DNA of 60,000 bases from Camelus ferus (lineage: Eukaryota), in contig NC_045696.1 of NCBI RefSeq assembly GCF_009834535.1, forward strand, positions 89,468,001 through 89,528,000, in the 5' to 3' direction. Positions within the stretch are counted from its first letter, which is position 1; each line of letters begins with the position of its first letter. Below the pieces are notes generated by a model. The model made no database searches. It was given only the letters and a program-made list of their open reading frames with translations, and had not been told where the DNA came from. The translations under genes and the position numbers were made by a program. Shown here in pieces: positions 38,036 through 50,989 of the stretch.

Positions 38036-38830
38036 GATAAGGACAGGCAAGGACCACACAGTTAAACTTCTTTCATTTTTAAATTAAGAACCTATAACCT
38101 ATAATTTTGCTAATGTGAAAAAAGGCTTCAGCTGCCAGGAAGGAAAAGGGTCTAGAGGTTCGCACAGACCAGAGCGGGGCCTCTGGGCCAGCCACACCTG
38201 GTGCTCACCCTGTGTCCCTGGGCAGGTCTCCTGGCTTCTCCGAGCCTTGGCGCCTCCTCGCTGCGTGGTTGTGAGGGCCACACGACATTATAATGCCAAG
38301 CGCTGGGCACAGCTCCTGGCTCTGAGGAGGCTGATGGCGGAGGCGGTGATCCCCCACCCCGGGCTGCCCTGCAGACACACAAAGACCCAGCAGACTGGCA
38401 GATGGCGCCCTGCCCACGGCCCCAGGCCGCCCCTGCCTGGGGAAGAGGGCATGCACGGGAGGTGATGGGCGGGGACGGGCGCTGGCGACACCAAGTTCAG
38501 GAGGTGTAATTAGTGACCTACGGGCTGCACCGTGGGCACACGCTCTCCCACTTTAGTTTTGAATCTCAGAGTGTTAGTGGCCCCACTTTAAAGTACGCTC
38601 CGCTATTGTTCACAGCTTTTCACCAGCTTTTTATCCCTAGGACTGTAGCATGCGATGCAGGGCTCTGCCTGGGGGCCGTGAGATAAGGGCGCTGGAGGTA
38701 CGGCCTTGGTGTGAAGTGCCGGTTTTCACTCAGCACCGTAGGAGCGCGAGCGAAGCTTCCACCCCCCTGCAGCCTACCCCTTGACGCGTTCCTGTCCCCC
38801 TTGAGTGTGACACACACCGACCCTGTAAGC
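37740..38830. promoter_or_regulatory. Intronic CpG-island-like region
   Basis: Clearly elevated GC and CpG relative to the flanks; GGGCGGGG GC box at about 38467; CTCF-like CTGGCAGATGGCGCC at 38395-38409. Confidence 0.6.
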
Positions 38831-39689
38831 CCTCTTTTGCTGCTGACCACTGAGTGGGTGTCTGAGTTTCAGGTGTGTGTTTAGGCTTCAGCTGACCACA
38901 GTTGCTGAAGGTCTCACCATCAGGTGAGTGTGAGGGGGTTGTGAGTTTATTTTAAATTCGGCTTCCTGGACTGTGGCATATTGTGGGTGTGCGAGTATAA
39001 AAAGGAAAATCAAAACAGTGAGGGCACTAGTGAGAATCTGGAAGTCTGCACTCCTGAGGCCATTCAGAACCTAAGCCTGGAGGCTGTGACTGGCAGCCGT
39101 CCTGCCCATAGTGAAAATACAGTAACAAAAGTACAATGAGGAGTTTCACCAGGAGGTGACAGGTTACGCTCAATTCCTCCTCTGTTGTCATTAAAAAAGC
39201 TTTAGTTGAAAGGAAGTTTTAATCCACTTGGTAATTCACCATAGGGTCACATGGGTTAACTTAAATCTGATCTAATCAGTAGTACGAAGGTTTTCTTTTT
39301 AATAGTAATCCATGAAGAAAATGGGCCGAATTGTAGGCATTTTCAAAAAGTCAGCCACAGAGATACAGATATGGGCCAACACTGAAACAGCCACACGAAA
39401 GTCGGAAAATTACTTTAAACCCGGCTAAGCACTTCTCACAGTGACTTTGTTTCCCTGGAAACCAGATGCAATTCAGTGTCCACACTGCTTTACGTGACAC
39501 TTAAAGTATTAGATTCTGCTGTTCCCACTGGTGAAACCCGCTGCTTGCTTTTCCCTCTCAGATCTCACCAGCCCTGTAGAGCAAATTTTCATAACCTGCA
39601 AAAAGGTATTTTTTTTTTTTACCCCGAGGATGGGTTATATTCTTGATGTCCATGGCAGCCGACAGCTTAGTTTACTTCATCGTAGATTT

Positions 39690-40560
39690 AATTCCTTCAC
39701 TTGGTCCACAAATACCTATTGAATGCTTAAGACAAAGCAGCCATGTTAACAGGTGCAAGAAACAGGAAATAAGACACAGCCCTGCCCTCCGGGTGCACAC
39801 ACACACATAGACAATTACTGTGCATTACACACTATGTATACATAATACATCACAGATGAGGGCACCTAACCAAGTCTAGAGGAAGTGTGGTCATGAAAGG
39901 CTTTTTGGAGCTGGGGGTGGCTGAGCTAAGTTTCAACGATGAGTAGGAATTAACTGGGCAAAAAAAAAAAGGACATAGTGAACAGGGAAGAGAAAACATT
40001 TCAGGCAGGGGTGTAGCAAAAGCAAAGGCACGGAAGCTAGAAACAGTGTGGATCAGGCAGGTCAGCAGGCTGGTTTTAACTAGAATGTAAGAGAGCAGCA
40101 TGAAATGAGACCACAGATAAGTGAGACCCAGACATGGGAGGCCTCAGTGCCAAATTTAGGACATTAGGCTTTACCCTGAAGAAGTCATTAAAAGATGTGA
40201 GAAGAAGTAGAACAGGTAGACGGGTAGATTGGGGGAAGGATTTGAAGGGTACAGGGCTGAAGCAGGGACACCAGCGGGGAGAAGCTGTAGAGGCTGGGGT
40301 GAGAGTTAAGAGCATTTGCAGGGTTGGGGCGGTAGCTGCAATGAGGAGGGGAAAGCTTTGAGACACATATAGAAGGTAAAACTGGCAAGATTCGGTGGCT
40401 GATTGGTTACAGGAAATGAAGACCTGGGGGAATCATGTGTATGTTGGTGGAGGCCACTGCCACGATCTGAGATGAAAGGTACGGCATAGACTGAAGTTAG
40501 AGGAGAAGATGATGATGAGTTAGTTTTGAACATGCTGCACTTGAGATAGTTTATATACAA
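39690..40560 (-). mobile_element. L2 LINE fragment
   Basis: cacaaatacctattgaatgctta...gagtaggaattaactggg...gatgagttagttttgaacatgctg. Confidence 0.75.
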
Positions 40561-41069
40561 TTTATTTATTCTCTCACTGTCTTGAAAAAGTAATGTATAA
40601 ATTAAATTTTACTATGGTCTAAAATAAAGGTAGCAAATGCTGGGTTAATGGACATCACTAATCCAGCAGAGCACCCCTGCTCACACAGCCTAGACACAGC
40701 TTCAGCATCCTTCTCAACACATTGCTCTGTCCCCACAAGGCAGCCATCGTGTGTTTCAGCACAACGTGGTGGCCACTGCCAGCCCAGTGGACAGTGCATG
40801 CACTGGAAACCCACAATCCCCCCAAATCTAAAGGCTTGAGAGAGTATCATTCTTTAAAAGATGCACGTCATAATTTGGAGGTATCTTTGAAGGGAATTAT
40901 ACCTTACCAAATTTAAATAAGCAAGACCACAATGATCTTGAGTACCAGAGTCACCGGGACATCTTAACAAATTTCTGAAAGATTCCTTAGTTTCATGTCA
41001 AGGCAGGGCAGACCATGGTGATCAACAGAATCCAGCTTAACATTTTATAACTGTTTGCTATGTTGTGGG

Positions 41070-41330
41070 TCAGGGTTTCTCAATATGACTTCAGCAGGAC
41101 ACAGCCTATTAGATGCTCCCTGGAAGGTGTTGGGAGGGGAAAGTTCTTCCTGATGAGTTAAGGTACGATGATTTGGATTACACCTCCCTCCTTGAGATCA
41201 CAAGGCACAGCAGCATATTAAAGACTGAGAAATCCTACAGTAAAGAAATCCATTTAATTGAGCTTAGCTTAGTATCATCCAGTTATTGTGGCCAGGGAAG
41301 CCTCCTGTTACATGACACCAATGAAATGCC
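41070..41330. mobile_element. hAT-Charlie-like fragment
   Basis: cagggtttctcaa terminus; gcatattaaagactgagaaatcctacagtaaagaaa motif. Confidence 0.55.
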
Positions 41331-41381
41331 CATGAAATTAGGAATATTTCAATCCTCACAGCATATCCATTTCTTCTCTCC

Positions 41382-41550
41382 TTTTTTTTTTTTTATGAAG
41401 TACAGTCAATTTGCAATTTATTGTGTCAATTTCTGGTGTACAGCATAATGTTTCAGTCATACATATATACATATGTACATTCCTTTTCAGATTCTTTTCA
41501 TTATAGGTTACCACAAGATACTGAATATAGTTCCCTGTGCTGTACAGTAT
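41382..41550 (-). mobile_element. Young L1 3' end, 5'-truncated
   Basis: Poly-T followed by gaagtacagtcaa...gtgtcaatttctggtgtacagcataatgtttcagtcat...gaatatagttccctgtgctgtacagt. Confidence 0.88.
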
Positions 41551-41929
41551 ATCCATTTTACAAATGAGGAACAAAAGCTCTAAAGTCATACAGGAATAAA
41601 GTTGGCAAGGGAGATCCTAAATTCAGATCCTCCCTCTCCAGCTTCAGGGCCTGAGTCACAGGATCACGGACGGATAGGGCAGTAAATGTTAAAGGTCAGG
41701 GCAGATATATCTGGGTTACAAATTCTCTTTACAAAGGGGATGTCAGGGTGGGCTCCAGTGTTCTCACGGGGCAATAGCTACAGCAGGTGGGCCAGCCAAG
41801 CTTTCTGGAGTGTTCTCTATCAAGGCTGATACTTCAGCCTGTCCTTCAAAGTCCTCCGCCATCAGCTCCCTTTCATTCTGCTACATTATGCCCTATCCTT
41901 GTTCACATTGTTTCTGCTGCCTGGAAACC

Positions 41930-42345
41930 TCAGAGGTCATTTGATGCAGGTCAATTCCCCAGGAAGCGACTCTGAGGTGAAGATCACCAGCAGGAACTTT
42001 ACTGAGGAACGCTCTGGGGATGTGCACCTGTGAGGGAACAAAGGCAGCAACGTGGACAGGAGAGGCTGAATTCTGATGCGGCTGCAGCAAAGGCTTCGCT
42101 GATTCTGTGAGGGAGCTCGGAGCTGGGCTGGCCCTTGAGAGTTGACCCATGCTAGGAGAATTGGGTCCCAGCGGCAACCAGACACTGGATGTTGGCTGCC
42201 GCTAAGAAGGTGGTATGACCTTGGGCCATCCTCAAAGAGGGTCTCAGATGAGAACTGTCAGCTGCCAACACTCCCAGCAGCTGGGGGCAGTGGGCGCTTC
42301 ACTTCCGAAGGGGGGTGGGCAGTGACACGGATCTGGGCTGCCTGA
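41930..42345 (-). mobile_element. LTR16-like ERVL LTR remnant
   Basis: ttccccaggaagcgactctgag...gggagctcggagctgggctggccc motifs. Confidence 0.55.
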
Positions 42346-42589
42346 CAGTAAGTATCCTCCAGGTCGATCACATCACGCTTCCTAATCAGTAACGCAGGTC
42401 CACGGACTTGCCTGCATTCTGTAGATGCCAACAGAGCTTAGTGTCTGGGCTGTGGGCTCTGTTACACTAACTTGCTTTTTAGCATGTTTCATGGGTTTTA
42501 TCTCCCTGCCTAGATTGCAAATTTCTCCCCAGATTCTATATTTCTTTGTATCCTTAGCAGGGTTTAAGAAAGTGATCAATAATCCATGA

Positions 42590-42820
42590 CATATGTAGCA
42601 AAAAGAGTAAAAGATTTGGAGCCTGAAATCTTAGCTTTAAATCCCAGAATTGCCACTTACAGATGTGTAAAGTTACATGTATCACTTAATTTCTGTGAAT
42701 CTTAGTCTCATCATTTATAATGTGGGAATAATAAAAATCCTTATCTTACCCAAGCTCCAGGGTTGCTCTCAGAACACTAAGATGGTGAACTAAAAATGCT
42801 TTGTAAACTAATAAACTAGA
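42590..42820 (+). mobile_element. MIR SINE
   Basis: aatcccagaattgccacttac...tcttagtctcatcatttataatgtggg. Confidence 0.7.
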
Positions 42821-43309
42821 ACAAGTGTTTTCCAATGTTGAGTAGGAGACACCTGTTAAAGGGGAAAAAAAAATTAGGCCAATAATGTAAAACTAGATGG
42901 TATCAATTCTTTATGCTGATAACACATAAAATACAAATTCATACACAAATATAAACAAAATGATATACAATCAATTTCAAAGAACAAATACTGAATTATT
43001 GTGACAGACGATGTTGCTTTATTGGCTTTTATATGTATGCTACGAACTGTAAGACGAAGGTTCATTTGGGTTGGAGATGCCTATACTTTGTATGCCATGC
43101 AGTAATTCCAGTTTCTCAACACTCGCCTCATTTTATCCACTGTGAAACCTGTCATTTATACAATGCACCACATCATTTGGCCTTCATATAAAAACATCAT
43201 TTATGTATGTTAAGTCCACTCCTATTCCTTTAATTTTCTATATTATCTGCCCATTAGAACATGCACCAGGATTTCAATTTAGCAGGAGAAAGTCCATGAA
43301 ACAGCGACT

Positions 43310-45240
43310 TTAAAAATTAATGAACAGAAGAAGTATAAGACTTACTCAGTGAAAAACACAAAATATTGTAAGAGAAATTAAAGACCTAAGTAAATGGAAG
43401 AGACATTCTATATTTACGGGTCAGAAGATGTCAAATTGATCTATAGATTCAATACAATTGATATCAAAATTCCAATGGGCTCTTGGCAGAAACTGACAAG
43501 CTGATCTAAAAATTTATATGAAAAAGCAAAGGACCCAGAAAAGCCAAAGTAACCTGAAAAAACAACAACGTTGGAGAACTTACACTTCCCAATTTCCAAA
43601 CTTAATACTATAAAGGTACGTTAATCAAGATAGTGTGGTATTGCCATAAGGATGGACATGGTGAGAAATGGAACAGAACTGAGAATCCAGAAATAAACCC
43701 TGCATTTATAATCCATCTGTTTTTGACAATGTGCCAAGGTAATTCAGTAGGGAAAAAGATAGTCTTTTCAACAAATGGAGCTGGAATAACTGAACATCTG
43801 CCTGCAAAAAGATTAATTTTTATATTTATTTCACATCATATATAAACATAAACTCAAAATTGATCATAGACTAAGACAGGGGCTAAAACTATAAAACTTC
43901 TGGGAGAAAATATAAAGATCTTTTGTGGTTTTGGTAGACAGAGTTCTTAAACACAACACCAAAAGCATGATCCATAAAAGAAAAAAACAGAAAAAAAAAC
44001 TTCATCAAAATTAAACCTTTTGTGCTTAAAAACTTACCAATAATAAAATAAAAAGATGAGCAAGTGCCTGGGAGAAAATATGTACAAATATTATTTCTGA
44101 TAAAGGATTTATATCCAGAATATATAAAGATCTCTTATAAGCCAATAAGATAAACCAATTTAGAAATGGACTAAGGGGCACATGAAAAGATGTGCAGCAT
44201 CATGAGTCATCAGGGAAATGCAAATTAAAGCAGCAATGATCACGGTGGTGTTGCAGGTTACCTTGGCAATGTGTACATTGCTTTTTTGGCTTTTATTGTT
44301 AAGTCAGTACTATACATTTTCTGCTTTGAATTTGTAACCTTGTAGCATTTAAGATAATGCCGGTGTGTTTGTACTTTGTTGTGTAAAGTAAAAGGATTGT
44401 GTTGAGTAAGCCTAGGATTAGAGTGCAAACAACAACAGCGAGATGCCACTTCATGTCCACTGGGATGGGTAGGGTCAAAAAGATGAAATAATTACTGGTG
44501 AGGATGTGGGAAAACTGGAATCCCCAATTGCCAATGGGAATGTAAGACGGTATAAACACTTTGAAAATGTCCGGCTGTTTCTTAAAAAAAAAAAAAATAA
44601 CATTAAACATAAATTTACCATACGATTGTGCAATTCCATTCCTAAGTATCTGCCCAACAGAAATGAAAACATATGTCACACAAAGACATATATGTGTTCA
44701 CAGCAGCATTATTCATTACATCAAAGGAGCGGGAAAAAATCACATGTCCATCAACTGGTGAGTACATAAACAAAACGGGACAGCCATACAACGGAATACT
44801 ATTCAGCAATATATTATTCAGCAATAAGAAGAGATGAACTACTGATACATGCTACAGCACGGATTTTTTTTTAAATAAATGATCCCTTTTATTGTAAGTA
44901 ATGTGTGAACCTCAAAAACAAAAGCAAAACAAAAAGTTAAACAAAAGAAGTTAGATGCAAAAGATTACATTTTATATGATATTATTTATATGAAATGTCC
45001 AGAAAAGGAAAACATACAGGGACAGGAAGCAGATGGGTAGTTGCCTGGGGCTGGGAGAGGGACTGGGAATTGACTGTCAATGGGCAGGCAGAATCTTTTG
45101 AGGGAGATGGAAATTTTCTAAATTTGGACTGTGGTGATGTTTGCACAACTTTGAAAATTTACTAAAAAATCATTGAATTGTACACTCAAAACAGGTAAAT
45201 TTTATGGGATGTAAGTTGTATCTCAATAAAGCTACTTTAA
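43310..45240 (+). mobile_element. L1 (L1MB-type) decayed ORF2 3' part and 3' UTR
   Basis: Decayed ORF2 peptides (MWYCHKD...WNRTENPEINP) and a typical 3' UTR ending tatctcaataaagct. Confidence 0.9.
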
Positions 45241-45269
45241 AAATTTGGGCGCTATTGTTCCCATTTAAG

Positions 45270-45640
45270 GAGGTGTCTGTAGACAGCCAAGTGCAGAGCT
45301 GTTATGGTGTTGTCTGTAGTCATTAGAGACCCAGACGTTCCCCACCTTCAGCTGTCCCTAACATGTGTTCTTGCCCTGCTGGTCATAACCTGACCTCCAT
45401 CCAAGCTAGAAGAGGGAAAAGAACAGAGTGTAAAAGGCCTGCCGTGTCAGCCACCTTTAAGGACCTTTCTGGGAAGCCGCACCCAGTAACTCTCACATAT
45501 TATTGGCTAGAACAGTGTCACGGGAACATTCTTAATTTCAAGGAAGGCTGGGAAACGTAGGAGTATTGTCAAACCAGGGTCCTGTCAGTAAGGAAGGAAG
45601 GAAGCGTGGATACTGGGGAAAGAAGCTAACCATCTCTCGG
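45270..45640 (-). mobile_element. Old MLT1 (J/K-like) LTR remnant
   Basis: attggctagaacagtgtcac...caaggaaggctgggaaacgtag motif. Confidence 0.6.
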
Positions 45641-45929
45641 GTGGAGAAATTACTTGTTGGGGTCCATGGGAACACAAATAGAGCCAGCACTGCTTACATA
45701 ATAGAGTGGTACTCAGCTATAAAGGGGTGATCCAGGTGATCCCAAGTCCACTTTTTACTGGTTTCTTATCCAAATCAAATCAAACAAAAGCAATCAAGTC
45801 CTCAGTGAAAACACAAGGGTTCCAGAGAAGCTGCCTGTTACTCTGCTGGGAAACCCTACAGCTGACAAATATTCATTGTTATTCCTACTTTTATTTCTAA
45901 GACAAAAACATGAGAGCTGAGCCACTTGG

Positions 45930-46110
45930 ACTAGTAGAAGGAATAGGATCCTTGAGACTGGAAATGTTTGGATTCAAAACTTGGCCACATCCTTTAGTCT
46001 CTCTGCCCTAGGCAAATCCCGGAACTCATCTAAGCCTCAATTTCTTCACCTGTACAAGCACAATGATAATTCCTGCTTCACAGGGCCACCGGGAGGACTT
46101 GCTAAGGCGG
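45930..46110 (+). mobile_element. MIR SINE
   Basis: ctaagcctcaatttcttcacctgtacaa core. Confidence 0.6.
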
Positions 46111-47005
46111 CAGGTGTATAAGCCTCCCCCCTCCGCAGGTCACGCTGCCGTACGGTGCACAACAGGGCCTCACGTGCGCTCAGCACAGAAGAGTAAGTCT
46201 CAGTCTTTTTCTTGCCAAAGTTAAACAGCTGTCTCAGAGTTCTTCAGCCATGGTTTCCCCATATTTCTCAGGCTGAAAATTTATCTCAAGAGAATTCCTA
46301 ATGAGATATCATCTATTCAACACACACACACACAATTATAATGGGAGCAGAGAGCAAAAAAACCTAAACAAAACACACACACACAGACACAGAAAAAAAA
46401 AACCAAAAAGCAAAACCAAAGAAAACACACTAAAGATAAAAGTTCACCTGTGGAGAACAAATTTCTAAAAATACTTCTATTTTTATACCTAAAGCGTTGT
46501 ACCCTTCCTAATAGGATTAGGAATGTGGCTTCTACAGAATCAGAGAGAGCACTTAGAAAAACACACCAACTACATTTATGTACTTAGCACATTAAAAAAA
46601 AAAAAGGTGCTCGTGAAAGCAGGTGTGCAGGTGGGTCTGCTGGCACGAACCCCAGGTCATCTGTTCCCTGCCCTTTATTCACACATCAGTTTGACAACAG
46701 CAACACGGACCCTCATCCATCACCTTCTCCCTGAAGCACAAATACAGCTTAAAATAGGAGGCTGTTCAAACTGGCTGAATGGGATCAGTTTGCAGCTTTA
46801 GTGGCTTTTTAAAAGTCACTTAAGCACTGACTGAACAAAATTTGTATTTCTGTAAGAACACTACACATCTCAAAAGAGAAGAATGAATCCAAAGCAGAAT
46901 TGTAAAATTTGTCAGCTTAACACTAGAATATTTAGTATGTATTTGCATTCTCTCCAAAATACCAAATTGTATTAATGATGATAGTCTTGACAAAAACAGC
47001 ATTTC

Positions 47006-47087
47006 CCTATTTTTTTTTTTTACATGGAGGTACTGGGGATTGAACCCAGGACCTCATGCATGCTAAGCAGGCACTCTATCCAGTCCC
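47006..47087 (-). mobile_element. Short camelid tRNA SINE with a disrupted A-box region
   Basis: Poly-T plus ggaggtactggggattgaacccaggacctcatgcatgctaagc; TSD cagcatttc at 46997-47005 and 47088-47096. Confidence 0.88.
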
Positions 47088-47936
47088 CAGCATTTCTTTT
47101 ACTTAATTAAAAGATAAGAGCAGGCTAGCAAAACTGATAGAATACTTCAGGACACAATGATATAGTTTGGTTTTTCCAGTCACTCTGTATCAGTGACTTA
47201 ATTTTTTTCCCATTCCCATGACCCATTTTCCCATTTTGCTTCTCCCTGTGAAAAGAGGAAGAGAAAGATGGTGTGTGACTCCGCTCCCGGAGGAGATCTT
47301 GCAGGCCACGTATCAGGAGGGAGCCCTAAACTGAACCAGCACAGCTCCCTTTGGTGTGCAGCAGCTGGCTGCCAAAACCCAACAGCTGCTGGGCTTCTCC
47401 AGCTGTGGCTGCCACCACGTCCCAGAACGCTCTCCCTGACCGACCTCAGATTGAGAAATCCTGGCTGTCCTTAGGTGCCCTCCACCGACAGTGCCAATTC
47501 ATTTCTACTCACAGGTTTGTGCAAAATTTCTCTCATCCAGAGAGCTGCCATATTTACCCTTGAGTTAGAAGTCAATTAGAAGGAAAACAAAACCAAAACC
47601 TTACTCTGTTTTCTTGAGAGCCATCCTATATTGTAACTACCACCCTGTTGCCTTTCCTCTCCGCCCTTACCCCAAAGCATGGCACACAAGAAAAGTCCTG
47701 TTACCCCAAATGCACAGACCAAAGAAGGGCGCCCCATTGAACACAGCTTCCCCTACAGCTCGGCGGAGCGCTCACAGCAGGGGTCCTTGCCGAGGCACAC
47801 AGAAGTCACCCTGTACATCAGTGCCTTCTCTGCCATGCTACCAGGCAGTGGCCGTTCCACATCACAAAGTATGTGTTTTGGGTTGTTGGAATATTTTCAC
47901 ACTTACATGTACATATTCCAAACACAATTGGTTGCT

Positions 47937-47944
47937 TTATTTAT

Positions 47945-47997
<53 letters not shown>
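47937..47997. repeat. (TATT)n(TATC)n tetranucleotide microsatellite
   Basis: About 13 TATC units. Confidence 0.97.
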
Positions 47998-49254
47998 CTT
48001 GTTATTGTGAGTACAATTAGGCTGATCTATCGGATTTTGAAAAGTGAAAGTAGTGGCTAGGGAAGGGGACAGGAGGGCCGAACGACATCTGAGTTCTTCG
48101 TTTCCTCACACAAGTGTTCACCAAGCATCGCTGCTGGGTGCTCTGGAACCAGATCCGCCCTCAGAGAGCACAGCTGTCATCTCTCGAGGGAGACCTGCCT
48201 TGGATTACTATTTACAGGCGTGACAAGGGTTACAGAGAGTGGTCTGAGGGTGCTGCTCGGCCAGGTCAGGGAAGGCCTGTGTACAGGGTCTCGAAGGGTC
48301 TTTGGAAGGTTTCTAACTAAACTCACATATTCATTAAGGCACTTCTAGAAGTTTCATTTTGCTCACACTCTTCAGTGTGTGCGAAAGGGTGGCACAGCTA
48401 CTGTGATTCTCATTTCAAAGATTAACCCAAATCTCTGGATTCTCCCTCCAATGTACTACTCCAAACACTAGGGGTCAGCAGCCTTCCAAAAGTGGTGAAT
48501 CAAGCCAAGAGCCCCAGTTCCTGGGGTGCTGCTAGGTAGGGGTGGGTAGGGGCTGATTCTCACAACAGGGAGAGACGCTGTGGATGCTTTCCTGAACCCC
48601 CCTCCTAGTCTTTAAGTAACAACGTTAACTTTTATTTGGCTACCCTCAGCTGCCCTTCCAAAGTCCAGGTGCTGGGGGAAGTGGATCTGGGAGCTGGATT
48701 TGTGGCTCCGCCTAAGTTAATTTCCATTACCCCACCCCCACTCCACAGTTCTGGTTCAGGAATAAACATGTGACCCTATGCAGGCCAACAGAGATTGAGA
48801 AGAAATTTGCTGAGGATGACAGGGAAAGTAGTTTCCAAGATCTTCTGGGAGAGCTTCTGTAAGTCTCTCTCTCCTTGGATGAGGATGAAGGAACCCAAAG
48901 CCCTGCAGTATAGACAGTCATCTGACAACCACCAGGTGTGGACAGACAGCTATAAGATGAAGAAAAAAAGAACACAGTGGTGAAAGCAGGCGTCTGAAAA
49001 GCAAAAAACTGGGGACAGAACAGAGCTCCAGGTCTTTGCTACTGACTTCCTCACCTGCTCAGGGCTAAGCAGTCTGCATCTCACAGTTCTGAAACACGGG
49101 CATTTCCTACAGTTCCACTGAAAGGGCTGAGGGAGCCCTAACACAACTCCAGGGATCAGGAAAATTTGACCCTACCTCCCTGCTTTCCTTAGAATGTTAT
49201 TCAAAAAGAAACATCAAAGGGGTCCTTGTTCTTCCTTGCATTTTTTTTAAAGGT

Positions 49255-49480
49255 GAGAGGCTACGGTGATAAAGCATATAGATTTTGGCGTCCATCAAAC
49301 CCAAGTTCAAATCTCAGTAATGCCCCTTCCTAGTTATGTGACATGACACATCACAAAGACATTTGAGCCGCTATGTCTGTAAACTGAGAATGAATAAAGC
49401 CTACCTTTCAGAGTTGCTCTGAAGTTTAAATGTAGTAACATGTAATGGGTTTGGCACTAAAAGAATAGTTGCTAGGATTA
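49255..49480 (+). mobile_element. MIR SINE
   Basis: aagttcaaatctcag...agttatgtgac...tctgtaaactgagaatg. Confidence 0.6.
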
Positions 49481-49569
49481 CTGTTTCAATATTCCTTGAG
49501 AGAAGATGGCTCTCTGACAAAAAAGCAGAAAAGCAGCCAGCTCCCTAAACATTCTGCCCAGTGTATTCA

Positions 49570-49642
49570 CATTGGCTCTCTGCATCCACGGGGTCTGCAT
49601 CTGCCGCGGTACCAATTCCCAGTGCATATAGAGGAACGACTG
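49570..49642 (-). mobile_element. Miniature MER2-like element (both termini, interior deleted)
   Basis: Left end ctctctgcatccacggggtctgcatctg joined to right end accaattccc...gaggaacgactg followed by TA. Confidence 0.6.
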
Positions 49643-50099
49643 TATTTACTTCCCATCCAAGATAAGATTCCCTGAGTGTACGTGTACTGATGAGAGCAGT
49701 TGTCAAGGACCTGGAAATACATGTCCCTTAGGCACAGTCTGTATCTGCATCAGGAAGCACAGACTTTGAAATGGAAGTCAAGTCAAGGGCTTCAGATAGT
49801 TACTGCAGGTTTGGAGATAGTGATTCATCAATGATGTAATTCCTCAGGCAGGTCTTATTTGTGGTGAAGCAGTGTGCAAAGGAACGACTACTAAAAAAAG
49901 ATTATTGTCATCTTTGATTTTTTTTTAAAGACATGGGCTCCTAAATAGATTTCTATCATTCACTCAAAGAGTAAAAGTTTAAGACCCACACTTGCACATC
50001 TGCCCCAGAATTCCTGTCCTAAGGCAAAAGGAACATAATGTATTCTAGCCTAGAGGCTGGATCGGAGTCAGTTTTTCTCTATATCGCCTTGCCATCCTT

Positions 50100-50575
50100 T
50101 CTGTGGCACACTTTACTAGTCTCCCAATACCTGTTCTCTCTCTTCCTTATTGATAGCATACCCCCGACTCCCCCACGCCCAGGATAAGACTACATCTTCC
50201 AGCCTCCCTTGCAACCAAGTGTGTGACTTCACAACCATGTGACTACATTCTGGCTAAATGGATCTAAGCAAAGGTGTCATATGTGACTTCTGGAAAGTGT
50301 CCTTAAAGGAAGGGACATGTGCCCTTCCTCTTTTCCACTGGCCAGATTACAACATGATAGTAAGTGCTTAAGCAGCCAGCTGGACCAGGAGGCAGAAAGC
50401 CATGAACTGGATGACAGAGCAGCAAAACAGAAAATAACCTTCAGTCACCTTGAACCTCCTTAGATTCTGACACCCACACTTCTTTTATATGCACGGGAAA
50501 TAAAAATCTATCTGATTTGAGGTACTGGCATTTTGGGTGTTTTTTGGTCACTCATTGCTAAACTTAACCTGAACA
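50100..50575 (+). mobile_element. Old MLT1 (J/K-like) LTR
   Basis: gactacatcttccagcctcccttgca...ccatgtgactacattctggc motifs. Confidence 0.7.
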
Positions 50576-50989
50576 GATATTTTCCTATAACCATTGTTTA
50601 TATTTTCTCCATTCATCTGTGATATCAAAATGGCATTGTTTTTAACTAGACAGGCTGCTTACAAATGGGTATAGATTCATCAGTCATTTCCACCATACTC
50701 CCCAAATCCCACTCACATCCCACAGAATGAATTCTATCCACGGTGTAACATCAGAAAGGTCACCTCCCAGACATGGAAAGAAATAGAGATTTTTATTTTA
50801 AACCAAGAACAAAACCTTCTTGTTTATTTTACAGAAAACCCTATCTATTCAAGATGACTGCTTTCTCCTACTTTAGCTGACAATTTTATGAAATGAAGAC
50901 TATTTTCTTGGTGACAAAAAGCTCTCAAATGCTTACTATCAGTTAAAAATAAAATACTTGTTACTTCTCTAAGCATCAATTAGACACAA

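Noticed and set aside
47614..48060. 148-aa ORF with IYLS repeats
   Set aside because: The repeats are the translation of a (TATC)n microsatellite.
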